A stretch of 63,915 bases of DNA, counting the filler, from Thermoplasmatota archaeon (GTDB lineage Archaea; Thermoplasmatota; E2; JACPAO01; JAHFTW01), in assembly GCA_041623215.1 (NCBI GenBank). It is 15 parts of 15 records of this genome, joined end to end, with 100 filler letters (N's around TTAATTAATTAA, not from the genome) between each part and the next. Parts side by side here need not be neighbours in the genome. Positions count along the whole stretch, not along the records: positions 1 to 4,555 come from JBFJXH010000147.1; positions 4,656 to 9,140 come from JBFJXH010000148.1; positions 9,241 to 13,716 come from JBFJXH010000149.1; 12 more parts are not named here. The stretch is one strand, 5' to 3'. The position numbers were made by a program, and so were the translations under genes. Position 1 is the stretch's first letter, and each line of letters opens with the position of its first letter. Under the pieces are notes generated by a model that saw only the letters and a list, made by a program, of their open reading frames with translations, searched no databases and had not been told where the DNA came from. Below, piece after piece: positions 1 to 9,677 of this stretch.

Positions 1-1050
1 GCGCGCCAGCTTGGCCTGGTTGGTTAGTCCCGCATCACTGCGGGCAACCGCCTGCAGGGCGGCACTCAGCCCAGGAACATCGTCGGGCTCCACCACGGTG
101 CCGAGGCGACCTCCTTCGACCATTTCGACCACGCCGGGCAGGTGGGTGACGACCACAGGCGTGCCGGATGCCATGGCCTCGACAAGCACCAGCGGACCAT
201 TCTCGGGGCCACGCCGACTCGGCAAAACGAAGGCTTGGGCCGCCCGGTAATAGGTGGGTAGCGCCTCGTCCGAGACACCTTGGTGAAAGGTCACCCGCCC
301 CGCTACGTCCAGTTGGTCTGCCAGGCGGGTTAGCTCAGGAATCAGGTCACCTCGACCCACCACGTGTAGGTGAATCGAAGGCACTTGTGCAGCGGCCCGA
401 ATAAGCAGGTCGACGCCCTTGTAGCGGTTGGCAGCGACCAGGGATCCCACGTACAGGACTGGCACTTCTCCCTCCAAGGACGCCTTGGAGCCTGTGGGGC
501 TAAATCTGTCTGCGTCCACGCCGGTCCCGATGACCGCGGTGGCCACCAAGTTGGCCGGCAATCGCAGGCTGTCGCGATAGCCATGGCTCAGAAAAACGAC
601 GTCGTTGGCTTTTGCAAGTTGCCGCTTCTCGAGACGGCTGTACAATTTCCGCGGCCAAGCATACCAAGGTCGCCCGAAGGAAACGCCTTCACCGTGATAG
701 GTCACGACAACTGGGATGCCGCTGCCACGGCCGGCGGCGATGGCTGCCTCGAGCCCCAGCGGAAAGGGCGCATGGACATGGAGCACCTGCGCTGCTTCGG
801 CGGCTTGCCATAGCGCGCGCCTCCAGGCCTGCGCATGCAGGAGTTTGAAGTAGCGGACCCTGGGGGGGACTCGTTCCACCACTACGCCGTCCGCTTGAGT
901 TTCGACGCGAATCCCGGTACCTTCTGTATCGTAGGTCACAACTCGCACGTCATGGCCCTCGGCCACTTGCGCCGCCGCCAGCCGTGCAACATGATTCTCG
1001 ACGCCGCCCACATGGGGCGCGTAGAAGGCAGTCGCGTGGACGATGCGCAC
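1..1050 (-). CDS. Glycosyltransferase family 4 (GT-B), 3' end cut by the window edge; absent from the ORF track
   Basis: Manual translation from GTG at 1050 gives MRIVHATAFYAPHVGGVENHV...LYVGSL...YKGVDLLI...FVLPSRRGPENGPLVLVEAMASGTPVV. The frame is open to position 1 and carries GT4 N-terminal and EX7E-type motifs. Confidence 0.9.
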   Translation of the reverse strand, partial: MRIVHATAFYAPHVGGVENHVARLAAAQVAEGHDVRVVTYDTEGTGIRVETQADGVVVERVPPRVRYFKLLHAQAWRRALWQAAEAAQVLHVHAPFPLGLEAAIAAGRGSGIPVVVTYHGEGVSFGRPWYAWPRKLYSRLEKRQLAKANDVVFLSHGYRDSLRLPANLVATAVIGTGVDADRFSPTGSKASLEGEVPVLYVGSLVAANRYKGVDLLIRAAAQVPSIHLHVVGRGDLIPELTRLADQLDVAGRVTFHQGVSDEALPTYYRAAQAFVLPSRRGPENGPLVLVEAMASGTPVVVTHLPGVVEMVEGGRLGTVVEPDDVPGLSAALQAVARSDAGLTNQAKLAR

Positions 1051-1159
1051 ACCCGAGGACCGGGGACCCTGCATCTAACGTTGGCGACCGGCAACGTAAG
1101 CGCGCCGACGCCGCTATCCAACCGTTGCCACAGCTCAACCGGTCCTGCCGGCATCGCAA

Positions 1160-2296
1160 GTGGCGATGGGAGGCGTTGAAAAAGCGGGCGGGCGCTGGCC
1201 AGGCATGGAGGATGCCGTGGCACCCACAGGCCTACACGTCATCCCCATGTGGACAACCACGCCGCAGCTCATTAAGGCCGGGGCGCGCGCCGTCGACATT
1301 CCGTGCGCCGTGGAACCCGCATTGTTCGGCCCAACATCCACGCCGCTTCGCACCGCATGGCGTGCGAGACAAGCTAGGCCCGAGGACAGTCTTGGCCCGC
1401 GCGTCCTGCTGCTCTGCGAAGATACTGTGTTCAGCCTGCAGGCAGCGCTGGCGCTCCGGCGCCGGTACCAAGTACGCGGCGTTGATGCTCGGCTTTTGGT
1501 GCATCTTCGGTGGTCTGGCCTGGACGAACATACGACACGGTACGGCCGACTTGTGGGTGGCCTGCTGGACGCAGGAGCCAAACGCATGGCGACCAAGGCC
1601 GACGGATTGGCATTTGTCAGCGAGTGGTTGCAGCGACGCTATCACATAGCTTGGCGCGGGCCAAAGGGCCAACGTCGCCCTAGAGGCCCCGACTGGTTCA
1701 TTCTCCGCCAGCCCATCGACGAGCGGTTTGCAGCGCCCCGCCAACCAACGCCTCCACCGACTGGCAACTTCATTACGATAACCGCATTCAATCTGCAAGA
1801 CAAAGTGCGCGGCCTCGACCTCATTGCCGCCGCACTACCCCTAGCCCGCAACCTGCCACCCGATTGGCATTGGACCATTTTAGGCGACGGCCCCCTCCGG
1901 CGGGCTGCGGAAGCACGCATCCGCGAGGCTCTTGGCGACCGAGTAACCTTCAGGGGCCATGTGGCCCCAGACGCCTTGCCGGGCATGCTGGACGCGGCCG
2001 AGCTTATGCTGTATGCCTCCTTCTTGGACGCCCATCCCCGCGCCGTGCTGGAGGCGTTAAGCCGCGGGTTGCCAGTCCTGGTGGCAGAAGGCAGCGGGGC
2101 TACCGAGCTCGTTGCCACCACCGGCTGTGGACAAGTGACTGCTGCGACGCCCGAAGGTTTTGCCACCGGCCTGGATGCCGCGCCCACAGAGCTAGACACG
2201 TGGCGAGGGGCGGCCCCAAATCCTAGTCAATTTCAATCGCCGGCCTTCGTCGAAAACCTACTGGCCCTCTGGCCACTCCTGGGGGACCGGCCATGA
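1160..2296 (+). CDS. Glycosyltransferase family 4
   Basis: C-terminal GT-B motifs ILGDGP, VTFRGHV and YASFLDAHPRAVLEALSRGLPVL. Start uncertain (1160, 1166 or 1205). Confidence 0.8.
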   Translation: MAMGGVEKAGGRWPGMEDAVAPTGLHVIPMWTTTPQLIKAGARAVDIPCAVEPALFGPTSTPLRTAWRARQARPEDSLGPRVLLLCEDTVFSLQAALALRRRYQVRGVDARLLVHLRWSGLDEHTTRYGRLVGGLLDAGAKRMATKADGLAFVSEWLQRRYHIAWRGPKGQRRPRGPDWFILRQPIDERFAAPRQPTPPPTGNFITITAFNLQDKVRGLDLIAAALPLARNLPPDWHWTILGDGPLRRAAEARIREALGDRVTFRGHVAPDALPGMLDAAELMLYASFLDAHPRAVLEALSRGLPVLVAEGSGATELVATTGCGQVTAATPEGFATGLDAAPTELDTWRGAAPNPSQFQSPAFVENLLALWPLLGDRP

Positions 2297-3465
2297 CGCG
2301 GATGCCACGCGTAGCATTCTATCTGCCGGGGTCCACACGGCTGCTGCGAGGCCTGGACGACTCGCTCGTGGGGGGCGTCGAGATGCAAGCGGTGCACCTG
2401 GTCAGGGCCGTAAGTCAGCGGCTTCCCGTCTCGCTCATCTTGTACCCGCCTGGGCCAGGCGACCCCCGCGGACCCATGCCGGAGTCCCTCGGGCCGGTTG
2501 ATGTTCATTACCTCGCACACGCGCCACGGCCCGGCCAGGGGCTCAGAGGCTTGAGACGCCACGCCAAGGACCTAACTGCGGCCCTAAGCCAATGCAAGGC
2601 AGACATTGTGGTGGAGCGCATGGCGACCTGGGACACGCTAACGACGGCCGTGGCAGCCCGCAAGGCCGGGTGCCGTTTCGTTTTCCACTGGAGCGGCGAC
2701 CACAATGGGCGCCTGCGAGACCTCAAGTTGCCCCCGCCCGTCCTCGGCCCCCTAGGCTTCGCGCTTGGCCGCCGAATGGCCCACGCGGAGATGGTGCAAA
2801 CGCAAAGTCAGGCGGCGCTCGCCGGGCGCCACGACATTAGCGAGCCCCAAGCCACCGACCGAGAGCGTATTCACCTCTTCCCCGACCTGCTCGATACCAG
2901 CCTCAACTGGGAGGACGCGGCGGGCCCCCATAATGAAATCCTGTGGCTTGGAGCGGTCAAGCCCGAATACAAGCGTCCCGAGATGTTCTTAGAATTGGCC
3001 GAGCATCTTCCCAACCGGCGATTCGTCATGGCCGGCCGCATGCAAGGCCCAGCCGCTTGGCAAGAACAGCTACGCAGCCGCATGCAAACACAGCCAAACC
3101 TGACGTATCTGGGACCCGTCCGGCGGCCCGACCTCCCCCGCCTCTTCGCTCGCGCCCGCGTCGTGGTCAACACGAGTTCGACGGAGGGCTTCAGCAGCAC
3201 CTTCCTGGAGGCCGCTGCCGCCGGCGTTCCGGTGGTATCGGCGTATCATGATCCCAACGGCATCCTCAACCAGCAAGGCGCCGGGACATGCGTCAATGGA
3301 GACGCAGGACTTGCTGATGCCATCGAGCATTTCTTTGCCAACGACGCAGATTGGCTGGCAGCACGCGAAGCCTGCCGCCAAGTAGCCGCCGCTCATGCCC
3401 CGGAGGCGGCAGGGCAACGCTTCGCCCGCATCATGCAAGCCGTCCTGGCCGCCAAACGCGGCTGA
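2293..3465 (+). CDS. Glycosyltransferase family 4
   Basis: GGVEMQ, KRPEMFL and VNTSSTEGFSSTFLEAAAAGVPVVS motifs; ATGA overlap with the upstream gene. Confidence 0.9.
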   Translation: MTRMPRVAFYLPGSTRLLRGLDDSLVGGVEMQAVHLVRAVSQRLPVSLILYPPGPGDPRGPMPESLGPVDVHYLAHAPRPGQGLRGLRRHAKDLTAALSQCKADIVVERMATWDTLTTAVAARKAGCRFVFHWSGDHNGRLRDLKLPPPVLGPLGFALGRRMAHAEMVQTQSQAALAGRHDISEPQATDRERIHLFPDLLDTSLNWEDAAGPHNEILWLGAVKPEYKRPEMFLELAEHLPNRRFVMAGRMQGPAAWQEQLRSRMQTQPNLTYLGPVRRPDLPRLFARARVVVNTSSTEGFSSTFLEAAAAGVPVVSAYHDPNGILNQQGAGTCVNGDAGLADAIEHFFANDADWLAAREACRQVAAAHAPEAAGQRFARIMQAVLAAKRG

Positions 3466-3535
3466 CCTCCAAGCCCCCGTCCGCTGCCGTGTCAGGCAAG
3501 GCGCGGGAGCAATTAGTTGCCTTCGCCGCGACGCG

Positions 3536-4555
3536 CTAGAAGAAGGTGGAGTGCCACAGCTTGAAGTCGCCGGCGTCCATGATACGACGCTCCTCCTCCA
3601 GGGAGGCAACGTGTACGTCCCGGGGATAACTGACAAACCGATCCTTGACGTCACTTGGCGCGTTAGCAGGAATATTGGTGCGTACGCCATACTTGACGGC
3701 TGATTCTTCGAGGAACCAGTAATGCAATTGATCGGGCGGTTGAGGTTCGATGGGCGGCCATAACCACCCGATGGGTCTCACCGCTCTCGTTGGCAGACCG
3801 ATCAGCTCGCTGGTAAACATGCGAGCGTCCGGGATACTTTGGTGATACGGCAACGGATTGTCAGGCAAGACGTAGTGCAGTTCTCCTTGGATCGCATCGT
3901 CCACCTCGTGCAAGTATCTCGTGCGCACGTCACCTTCCGTCCAAGGGTACAGGTAGTTGACGGCAAAGACACTGGTAAATTGCAGCATGGCCAGAATGAA
4001 TAGGCCAGGGAGAGCCAAGGCAATGCCTTTGTGAATGACCTTGAGGCGTACTGCCAAGGCCGCCATGGGGGCCCCCAGAATCACGGCCAAACCACGCAAG
4101 CGGTCGGGGAAGAATGTAGGATAAACCAGGCCAATGGTATGCAAGATTCCGAAGCCCAAGGTGCCGGCATTGATGAGCGTCCAGTGGCGACGGCTTCGCC
4201 ACAGGTGCCACCCTGCCATCACCGTGGCCATGGCTACAATCCACAGCGTAGCACTGCTTGACAAGATGAAGAATCGCCCAACCGGTTTTTCACTCGGTTG
4301 CGGCGTTGACAAATCCAGCGGCTGAGTGCCGGGGTCAACGGTCACTTCAAAGTTGAACGGATTGCGAATCGTGATGAAGCGCTCCAAATCGTAGGAGCCA
4401 ACGGTCCAGTAGGCCACCGGAATCAGGATGATGAGGATGGCGAGCCCCATACGCGCTGTGCCGGTACCCGCTAGGCGCCGGGCCCATTCTCGATCAGGAT
4501 CTGGCGCCCTGATGCCACGGCCCCGCAAGTCCTCCACCATCATGGGTAAGGTCAC
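3536..4555 (-). CDS. Multi-pass membrane protein, 5'-truncated; possibly glycan or surface related
   Basis: 339-codon open frame with about 6 hydrophobic segments, running into the linker; adjacent to the GT4 cluster. No family motif recognised. Confidence 0.6.
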   Translation of the reverse strand: MTLPMMVEDLRGRGIRAPDPDREWARRLAGTGTARMGLAILIILIPVAYWTVGSYDLERFITIRNPFNFEVTVDPGTQPLDLSTPQPSEKPVGRFFILSSSATLWIVAMATVMAGWHLWRSRRHWTLINAGTLGFGILHTIGLVYPTFFPDRLRGLAVILGAPMAALAVRLKVIHKGIALALPGLFILAMLQFTSVFAVNYLYPWTEGDVRTRYLHEVDDAIQGELHYVLPDNPLPYHQSIPDARMFTSELIGLPTRAVRPIGWLWPPIEPQPPDQLHYWFLEESAVKYGVRTNIPANAPSDVKDRFVSYPRDVHVASLEEERRIMDAGDFKLWHSTFF

Positions 4556-4655
4556 NNNNNNNNNNNNNNNNNNNNNNNNNNNNNNNNNNNNNNNNNNNNT
4601 TAATTAATTAANNNNNNNNNNNNNNNNNNNNNNNNNNNNNNNNNNNNNNNNNNNN
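4556..4655. other. Artificial contig linker (N44-TTAATTAATTAA-N44), first of 14
   Basis: Identical linkers at 4556-4655, 9141-9240, 13717-13816, 18236-18335, 22733-22832, 27175-27274, 31551-31650, 35910-36009, 40268-40367, 44573-44672, 48757-48856, 52937-53036, 57097-57196 and 61247-61346. They put stops in all six frames, and contig lengths fall steadily along the window. Confidence 0.98.
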
Positions 4656-5312
4656 CTGCCCCTTCCTCAGCCAGCCATACAAGACAGCGGCCGCCGCCGC
4701 GCCACCAAGCGTTCCGGCCATGTACAAAGGCCAGGCAGTCCACTCATTTGCGAAGATGGCGGGGCCAAGCGTGCGAGCCGGGTTCATGCTTGTTCCTGTC
4801 CACGCGCCGCCCACCACGCCCGCAAGGAGAATCCATGCGCCAATGGCCAGGGGGGCCATGCCGGCGGGGGCGCGCCGGTCCGTGGCTGCGCCAAGGATTA
4901 CCAACATTAGCCCGAGGGTCATGACGAATTCCCACGTCAAGATTTGCCATGGCCGAAGGCCCGCGGCGGGCACTGTCGCCCCGACGCTCCCCACGTTCCC
5001 CATGAGGGCTACCAGCAAGCCTGCCGCCGCGACGGCGCCCACCATTTGGGCCACGACGAAGGGGGCAACGCGACGCCACGGGAAATGGCCGCCAATTGCC
5101 AAGGCGATGGTCACGGCCGGGTTGAAGTTGCCCCCGCTAATGTGGCCGACGGCGTAAATCATGGCAGCAACAGTGAGGCCGAACACGGCATTTACGGCCA
5201 GTGGTCCAAGTGGCAGGGTGGCGGCGTCCACCATAATGGCGCCGCACCCAAAGAACACAAGGGCGAAGGTGCCGGCGGCCTCCGCCATCTCTGCCTGGTA
5301 GCGCACAAACAC
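4656..5312 (-). CDS. Aquaporin / MIP family channel (3' end cut by linker)
   Basis: Two NPA boxes (GHISGGNFNPAVT, GTSMNPARTLGP), AEAAGTF in TM1, six TM helices. Confidence 0.95.
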
Positions 5313-5374
5313 GCGACGAAGCGGCGCTCAAAAGGAGTTCTCAAGCGGCAGGTGGAGGCGCGGCAGACGCTGGC

Positions 5375-6457
5375 ATGGCTTTTGTGCGGTCCGAGGTTGG
5401 CCGCCCCATGGGATTTGCTTGGTCCGCCAAGACCGCCGTCGCTGTGGCCACGGTGTTAAGCATCGTAGCTGCGGGCTGCACGAACAAGGAAGTGGTGCCG
5501 GAGGAGGTGGACCCCGTGCGAGCCGACTCGGCAGCGGAGGGCGATGTGGTACGATTTGTGGCACTCGGAGACACGGGAACGGGCCAGCCGGCTCAATTTC
5601 GCGTTGCAAACGCCATAGCCGACGTGTGCGCAAAACGAGGCTGCGAGTTTGCCGTCAGCATGGGCGATAACATCTACGAATCCGGAGTCGCCAGCGCCTA
5701 CGACCCGCAGTTTGAAAGCAAGTTCGAGACCCCCTATGCCGGCCTCGACTTCCCCTTCTACATGTCGCTTGGCAACCACGACAACGGGGGTACTGGCGAC
5801 GTCCATGCCATTGGCGACTTCCAGGTTGACTACCACTACCGGACGGATCGGCCGAGTGAGAAATGGAACATGCCTAGCCGCTGGTACGACCATGTCCAGG
5901 GCCCGGTACATTTCCTAGCCATGGACACCAACATCATCTTTGATGGCTTCTTGGCGCCGCCAACGAGTGACCCAAACGGTGTTGAGCAAGCGGGCTGGTT
6001 TTCCGCCACCGTGGACGCCATAGCGCCCGGTCTTGACGGCTCAGCAACCGCCTCATTGGCGCGTCCTTGGGTCGTCGCCTACGGCCACCACCCAATCTAT
6101 TCGAACGGCCAGCACGGGGACGCCGTGATTGAGGATGGGGACCGCGCTGCTTGGTTGCACGAACAGCTTTGTTCGGGGGGCGTTGACTTGGTGTTGGGGG
6201 GTCACGACCACGACCTACAGTGGCTTGCACCGCACGAGGAATGTCCCGGCGTGGAAATCATTGTGTCCGGAGCGGCTGCTAAGCAGCGACCCTTGGAGGA
6301 AGGACCAAACGAGGCGTACTTCGCCCAGGGCGATGTGAATGGCTTCTGGTGGATGGAGGTTAGCGAATCGACATGGCGCGCCGTGGCGTTCGACGACGCG
6401 GGGACGGTCTTGTTTGAGCGTGCGGTCGAGAAGAGTGCTCTGCGCGCGCTTCGCTAA
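5375..6457 (+). CDS. Lipoprotein metallophosphoesterase (purple/tartrate-resistant acid phosphatase-like)
   Basis: GDTG, GDNIY, GNHD, GHHP and GHDH calcineurin-like motifs; lipobox AAGC. Start may be 5408. Confidence 0.9.
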   Translation: MAFVRSEVGRPMGFAWSAKTAVAVATVLSIVAAGCTNKEVVPEEVDPVRADSAAEGDVVRFVALGDTGTGQPAQFRVANAIADVCAKRGCEFAVSMGDNIYESGVASAYDPQFESKFETPYAGLDFPFYMSLGNHDNGGTGDVHAIGDFQVDYHYRTDRPSEKWNMPSRWYDHVQGPVHFLAMDTNIIFDGFLAPPTSDPNGVEQAGWFSATVDAIAPGLDGSATASLARPWVVAYGHHPIYSNGQHGDAVIEDGDRAAWLHEQLCSGGVDLVLGGHDHDLQWLAPHEECPGVEIIVSGAAAKQRPLEEGPNEAYFAQGDVNGFWWMEVSESTWRAVAFDDAGTVLFERAVEKSALRALR

Positions 6458-6465
6458 TCGGCGGG

Positions 6466-6888
6466 CTACACCCGATTGTGGAAGACGGTCGGTGCCGTGC
6501 GCACGAGGTGACGTGCGTGCAAGACCGCAGCGGTTCGAATGGCGAGAAGGTCTGCGGCGCCAAAAACGGCAAGCCACGGGTTATGGAAAAAGGCGCCAAG
6601 ACCGATGACGGCCAACGCCCCCAAATTGAGGAAATGGAACACCATGAACCAGCCCACGCGGTCCATGTAGAGTTGCCCGGCGCCGAAGAAAAAAGCCGAC
6701 AGCACCAACGCAAGTCCCGGGTCACGTGCAACGAATCGGCTGCCCGGCTTATGGGGCTGCGCCATCAGAGCTCGCCGGTCGGCGCGCCGGCGCGTAGCGG
6801 GGTTGAGAAGTGGCGGCGCTCGACGCTCGGGCATCGGGGCTGGCCGCGGAACGACAATCGCTTTCACCGAAACTCGAGATGAAGCCAT
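6466..6888 (-). CDS. Small membrane protein (TM2-like)
   Basis: DPGLALVLSAFFFGAGQLYM followed by hydrophobic helices; start uncertain. Confidence 0.55.
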   Translation of the reverse strand: MASSRVSVKAIVVPRPAPMPERRAPPLLNPATRRRADRRALMAQPHKPGSRFVARDPGLALVLSAFFFGAGQLYMDRVGWFMVFHFLNLGALAVIGLGAFFHNPWLAVFGAADLLAIRTAAVLHARHLVRTAPTVFHNRV

Positions 6889-6961
6889 GGTTCAAGGACC
6901 TTGCTTTCTGATGCAGGCTGGTGGCCGGTACTCGGGCGCCACTCATTCCCTGGTGGAGCAG

Positions 6962-8143
6962 CTAGCTAACCCAGCTACCGTGATAGGAATCGTCTTCCGC
7001 ATCAAGAGCCGCTTGGGACAACCAGAGTGGCTTGAAAGTGTCGACCATGACGGCCAACTCGTCAGTGCGTTCGGTGCGCATTGAGGCCTCGTATTTGCCA
7101 GGTTGGGGCGCGTGTGGGATGCCGGCCGGGTGCAGACTCATACTGCCTGGGCCCACGCCTCGCCTGCTAGTAAAGTCGCCTTCCACATACCAGAGCACTT
7201 CGTCGCAATCGTAGCTGCTATGGGGATACGGACAGGGAATGGCGTCTGGGTGGTAATCGACCTTGCGCGGCACAAAGCTGCACACCACGAAGCTTCCGCG
7301 TCCGCCAAGAAATGTGGTATGAATCGGGGGCGGCAGATGCGTTGTGCTCGTCTTGGGCTGGTAATCCTTGATATTGAACGCCACGGGATAGAGGTGGCCG
7401 TCCCAGCCCACCACATCAAAGGGGTGGTGGGGCAGTGTCCGTCGCGTCCAGCGGTCCGCACGCTTGTGCCGAATGACGGCTTGGCCCGGCTGCGGCACCG
7501 AAAGTGCGTCAGGCCGCGTAAAGTCTCGGGCCGTGTAGGGGGCATCCATCTTGAGCTGCCCCACCGGGTTCATGAAATCCGACGGAACTTGCAGGCCCGA
7601 AACGCATTCGTTCACCATGACGTGAACGTCCCCGGCGTCAAACACCACGCGGTGGATGAGGCCCTTGGGAATCCAAACATAGTCTTGCGCGGCGAACGAG
7701 AGGCTGCCGAGCTCAGATTCAAGCCGACCGCTGCCGGCATGGATGAAGAGCAGCAAGTCGCCGTCGCTGTTCTGCACGAGGCCGGTATCGCCGACACTCG
7801 GCCGCGCTGAGCCAATGCGAATGTCGTCGTTGCCAACCAGCCACTGGCAGGCCTCCCACAAATCTCCCTCCATGGTGGCGCTTGCAGGTGGCAAGTGGTG
7901 TCGGTGTAGGTGATTGCCTGCCTGCACGGCGGGTTCGAAGCACGGCAGGTCAATGGTTTCATGCGACGCTTCCGCGCCCGGGTTGTGGGTTCGATAGGCG
8001 ATCGAGAAGGGGCCGTCGAAGCCACCTCGCGTCAGGCAATGTTCGTAGAAGACGGGGCACCCGTCCTCGTCCGGTCCATCAGGTCGCCGGAGCGCAATAT
8101 GGTGCTTGGCGGGCACCTCACCTAGTCGCTGATAGCCAATCAT
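6962..8143 (-). CDS. hmgA: Homogentisate 1,2-dioxygenase
   Basis: NSDGDLL, HPFDVVGWDG, HLPPPIHTTF, CSFVPR, PYPHSSYDCDE, LHPAGIPH and ELAVMVDTF motifs. The real start is ATG 8143 (ATGA overlap). Confidence 0.93.
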   Translation of the reverse strand: MIGYQRLGEVPAKHHIALRRPDGPDEDGCPVFYEHCLTRGGFDGPFSIAYRTHNPGAEASHETIDLPCFEPAVQAGNHLHRHHLPPASATMEGDLWEACQWLVGNDDIRIGSARPSVGDTGLVQNSDGDLLLFIHAGSGRLESELGSLSFAAQDYVWIPKGLIHRVVFDAGDVHVMVNECVSGLQVPSDFMNPVGQLKMDAPYTARDFTRPDALSVPQPGQAVIRHKRADRWTRRTLPHHPFDVVGWDGHLYPVAFNIKDYQPKTSTTHLPPPIHTTFLGGRGSFVVCSFVPRKVDYHPDAIPCPYPHSSYDCDEVLWYVEGDFTSRRGVGPGSMSLHPAGIPHAPQPGKYEASMRTERTDELAVMVDTFKPLWLSQAALDAEDDSYHGSWVS

Positions 8144-8955
8144 GCGTGGGCCTCCGGATTCAGGGCAGGTACTTCGGTTGTGGCGGCGGGGGACGCATCG
8201 ATGGTTGCTTCCAAGCGGGCCATCACCGCGCCGCTCACGACCAGCGCCGATCGAACGCCTACCGTGGGCTCGCTGGATGGGTCGAGTTCGGCAATTTGCC
8301 ACGGGTCAGCCGGCGGCGCTGCCAGGCAAAGTACGTCGCCGCCACGCAGCGTCCGGATTTCGTCGGCGGCGGCCAATTCGGCGCCCCAATCCAGGAGTGC
8401 CTTCGTGGGCCGGATGAAGGGCAAGTCGTCCACGAAGGAAGAAAACGCTAGGTTGACTGGGTCCCGTACTTCGTCAAGCCCAACAATCCACGGCCCAAGC
8501 GAAATGCCCTGGGGCGTCGCGTGAAAGGCGGTGAAGCCCAGCACGTGGTCTTGCCAGTTAGCTGGCGTGAGGCTCCGGGAGCGGTGACGAAGCACGCAGG
8601 CGACGCCGGTGGTCCAAGGCGCGGCTAGGTCATGGCTACCCGTGGCGGCTAATCCTTGTCCGGGCGCGGCCACATGGCTGGGCTCGTAGTCGCTGGAGGC
8701 GCCGCCACGAAGGATGACTCGGCCTGGTTGAACGGGCGGCAGGAATACGGTATTGTCGACGCGTCGAAGGCTGCCAACGGGTGGCTCACCGCGGACAATC
8801 TTCTCCAGCTCCCGGCTGGCGGCCGGGTCATTGGCAAGGGCATGCAGATCCCGTGGCAAATCGGGGTCAATGCGTCGCAAGTCCAAGACGTACTCGTTGC
8901 CACGCAAGATGGCCGTTACAGCTTGACCTCGGTCATCGAAGCGGCAGTAGCGCAC
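8140..8955 (-). CDS. Fumarylacetoacetate-hydrolase-fold protein, degenerate
   Basis: FAH-like scaffold (LPPVQPGRV, HVLGFT, LGPWIV, TLRGGDVL) between hppD and hmgA; the metal-ligand motifs are not present. Confidence 0.7.
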   Translation of the reverse strand: MRYCRFDDRGQAVTAILRGNEYVLDLRRIDPDLPRDLHALANDPAASRELEKIVRGEPPVGSLRRVDNTVFLPPVQPGRVILRGGASSDYEPSHVAAPGQGLAATGSHDLAAPWTTGVACVLRHRSRSLTPANWQDHVLGFTAFHATPQGISLGPWIVGLDEVRDPVNLAFSSFVDDLPFIRPTKALLDWGAELAAADEIRTLRGGDVLCLAAPPADPWQIAELDPSSEPTVGVRSALVVSGAVMARLEATIDASPAATTEVPALNPEAHA

Positions 8956-9005
8956 GAGCCGGCCACAGGTCGGCGATTTTTAGCTTGGGTTGCCCGGTGC
9001 GATGC

Positions 9006-9140
<135 letters not shown>

Positions 9141-9240
9141 NNNNNNNNNNNNNNNNNNNNNNNNNNNNNNNNNNNNNNNNNNNNTTAATTAATTAANNNN
9201 NNNNNNNNNNNNNNNNNNNNNNNNNNNNNNNNNNNNNNNN

Positions 9241-9583
9241 CCACGTCGTCCAAGGTGTCAATCGCGGACCAGAGCACCGGCACGCCAGCTTCCTCCAGCG
9301 CCTCCACGAGCGCCTTCGGATTCTCGTCTTTGTCGGCGAGAACGATGTCGGGCTCGAGGCGCAAGATCTTCTCCAGCGATGCGTCCTTGGTGCCTCCCAC
9401 ATGGGGGATGGACTGTACCTGCGGCGCCGGATGAATGCAAAAGCGGGTTCGGCCAACGATGCGTTTGCCAAGGCCGAAGTCACACACGGTTTCCGTGTGT
9501 GAAGGCACCAGGCTGACGATGCGTTGGGGGTGGTTTGCTAACTGCCTACCGGCGCTGCCCCCTCCCCCAAGTCCCTGGGTCAC
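9241..9583 (-). CDS. Helical-backbone (BtuF/cobalamin or Fe-siderophore type) substrate-binding protein, 3'-truncated
   Basis: PQRIVSLVPSHTE, IVGRTRFCIHP, VGGTKD and LEPDIVLA motifs; start approximate. Confidence 0.85.
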
Positions 9584-9677
9584 AAGGTCCCGAACCACAG
9601 GAGCCTTTAGGGGATACGGCCGACGTTGCCGGTAACGCACCACAGGCTTCAAGAGAACAGACCTGTCAGAGAGGCAC

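Noticed and set aside
8144..8302. N-terminal extensions given by the ORF track (hmgA, trpE, EamA, MFS, ogt, pyrB and others)
   Set aside because: They overlap neighbouring genes and lack homology-like content. Downstream starts fit stop/start overlaps and TATA spacing better.
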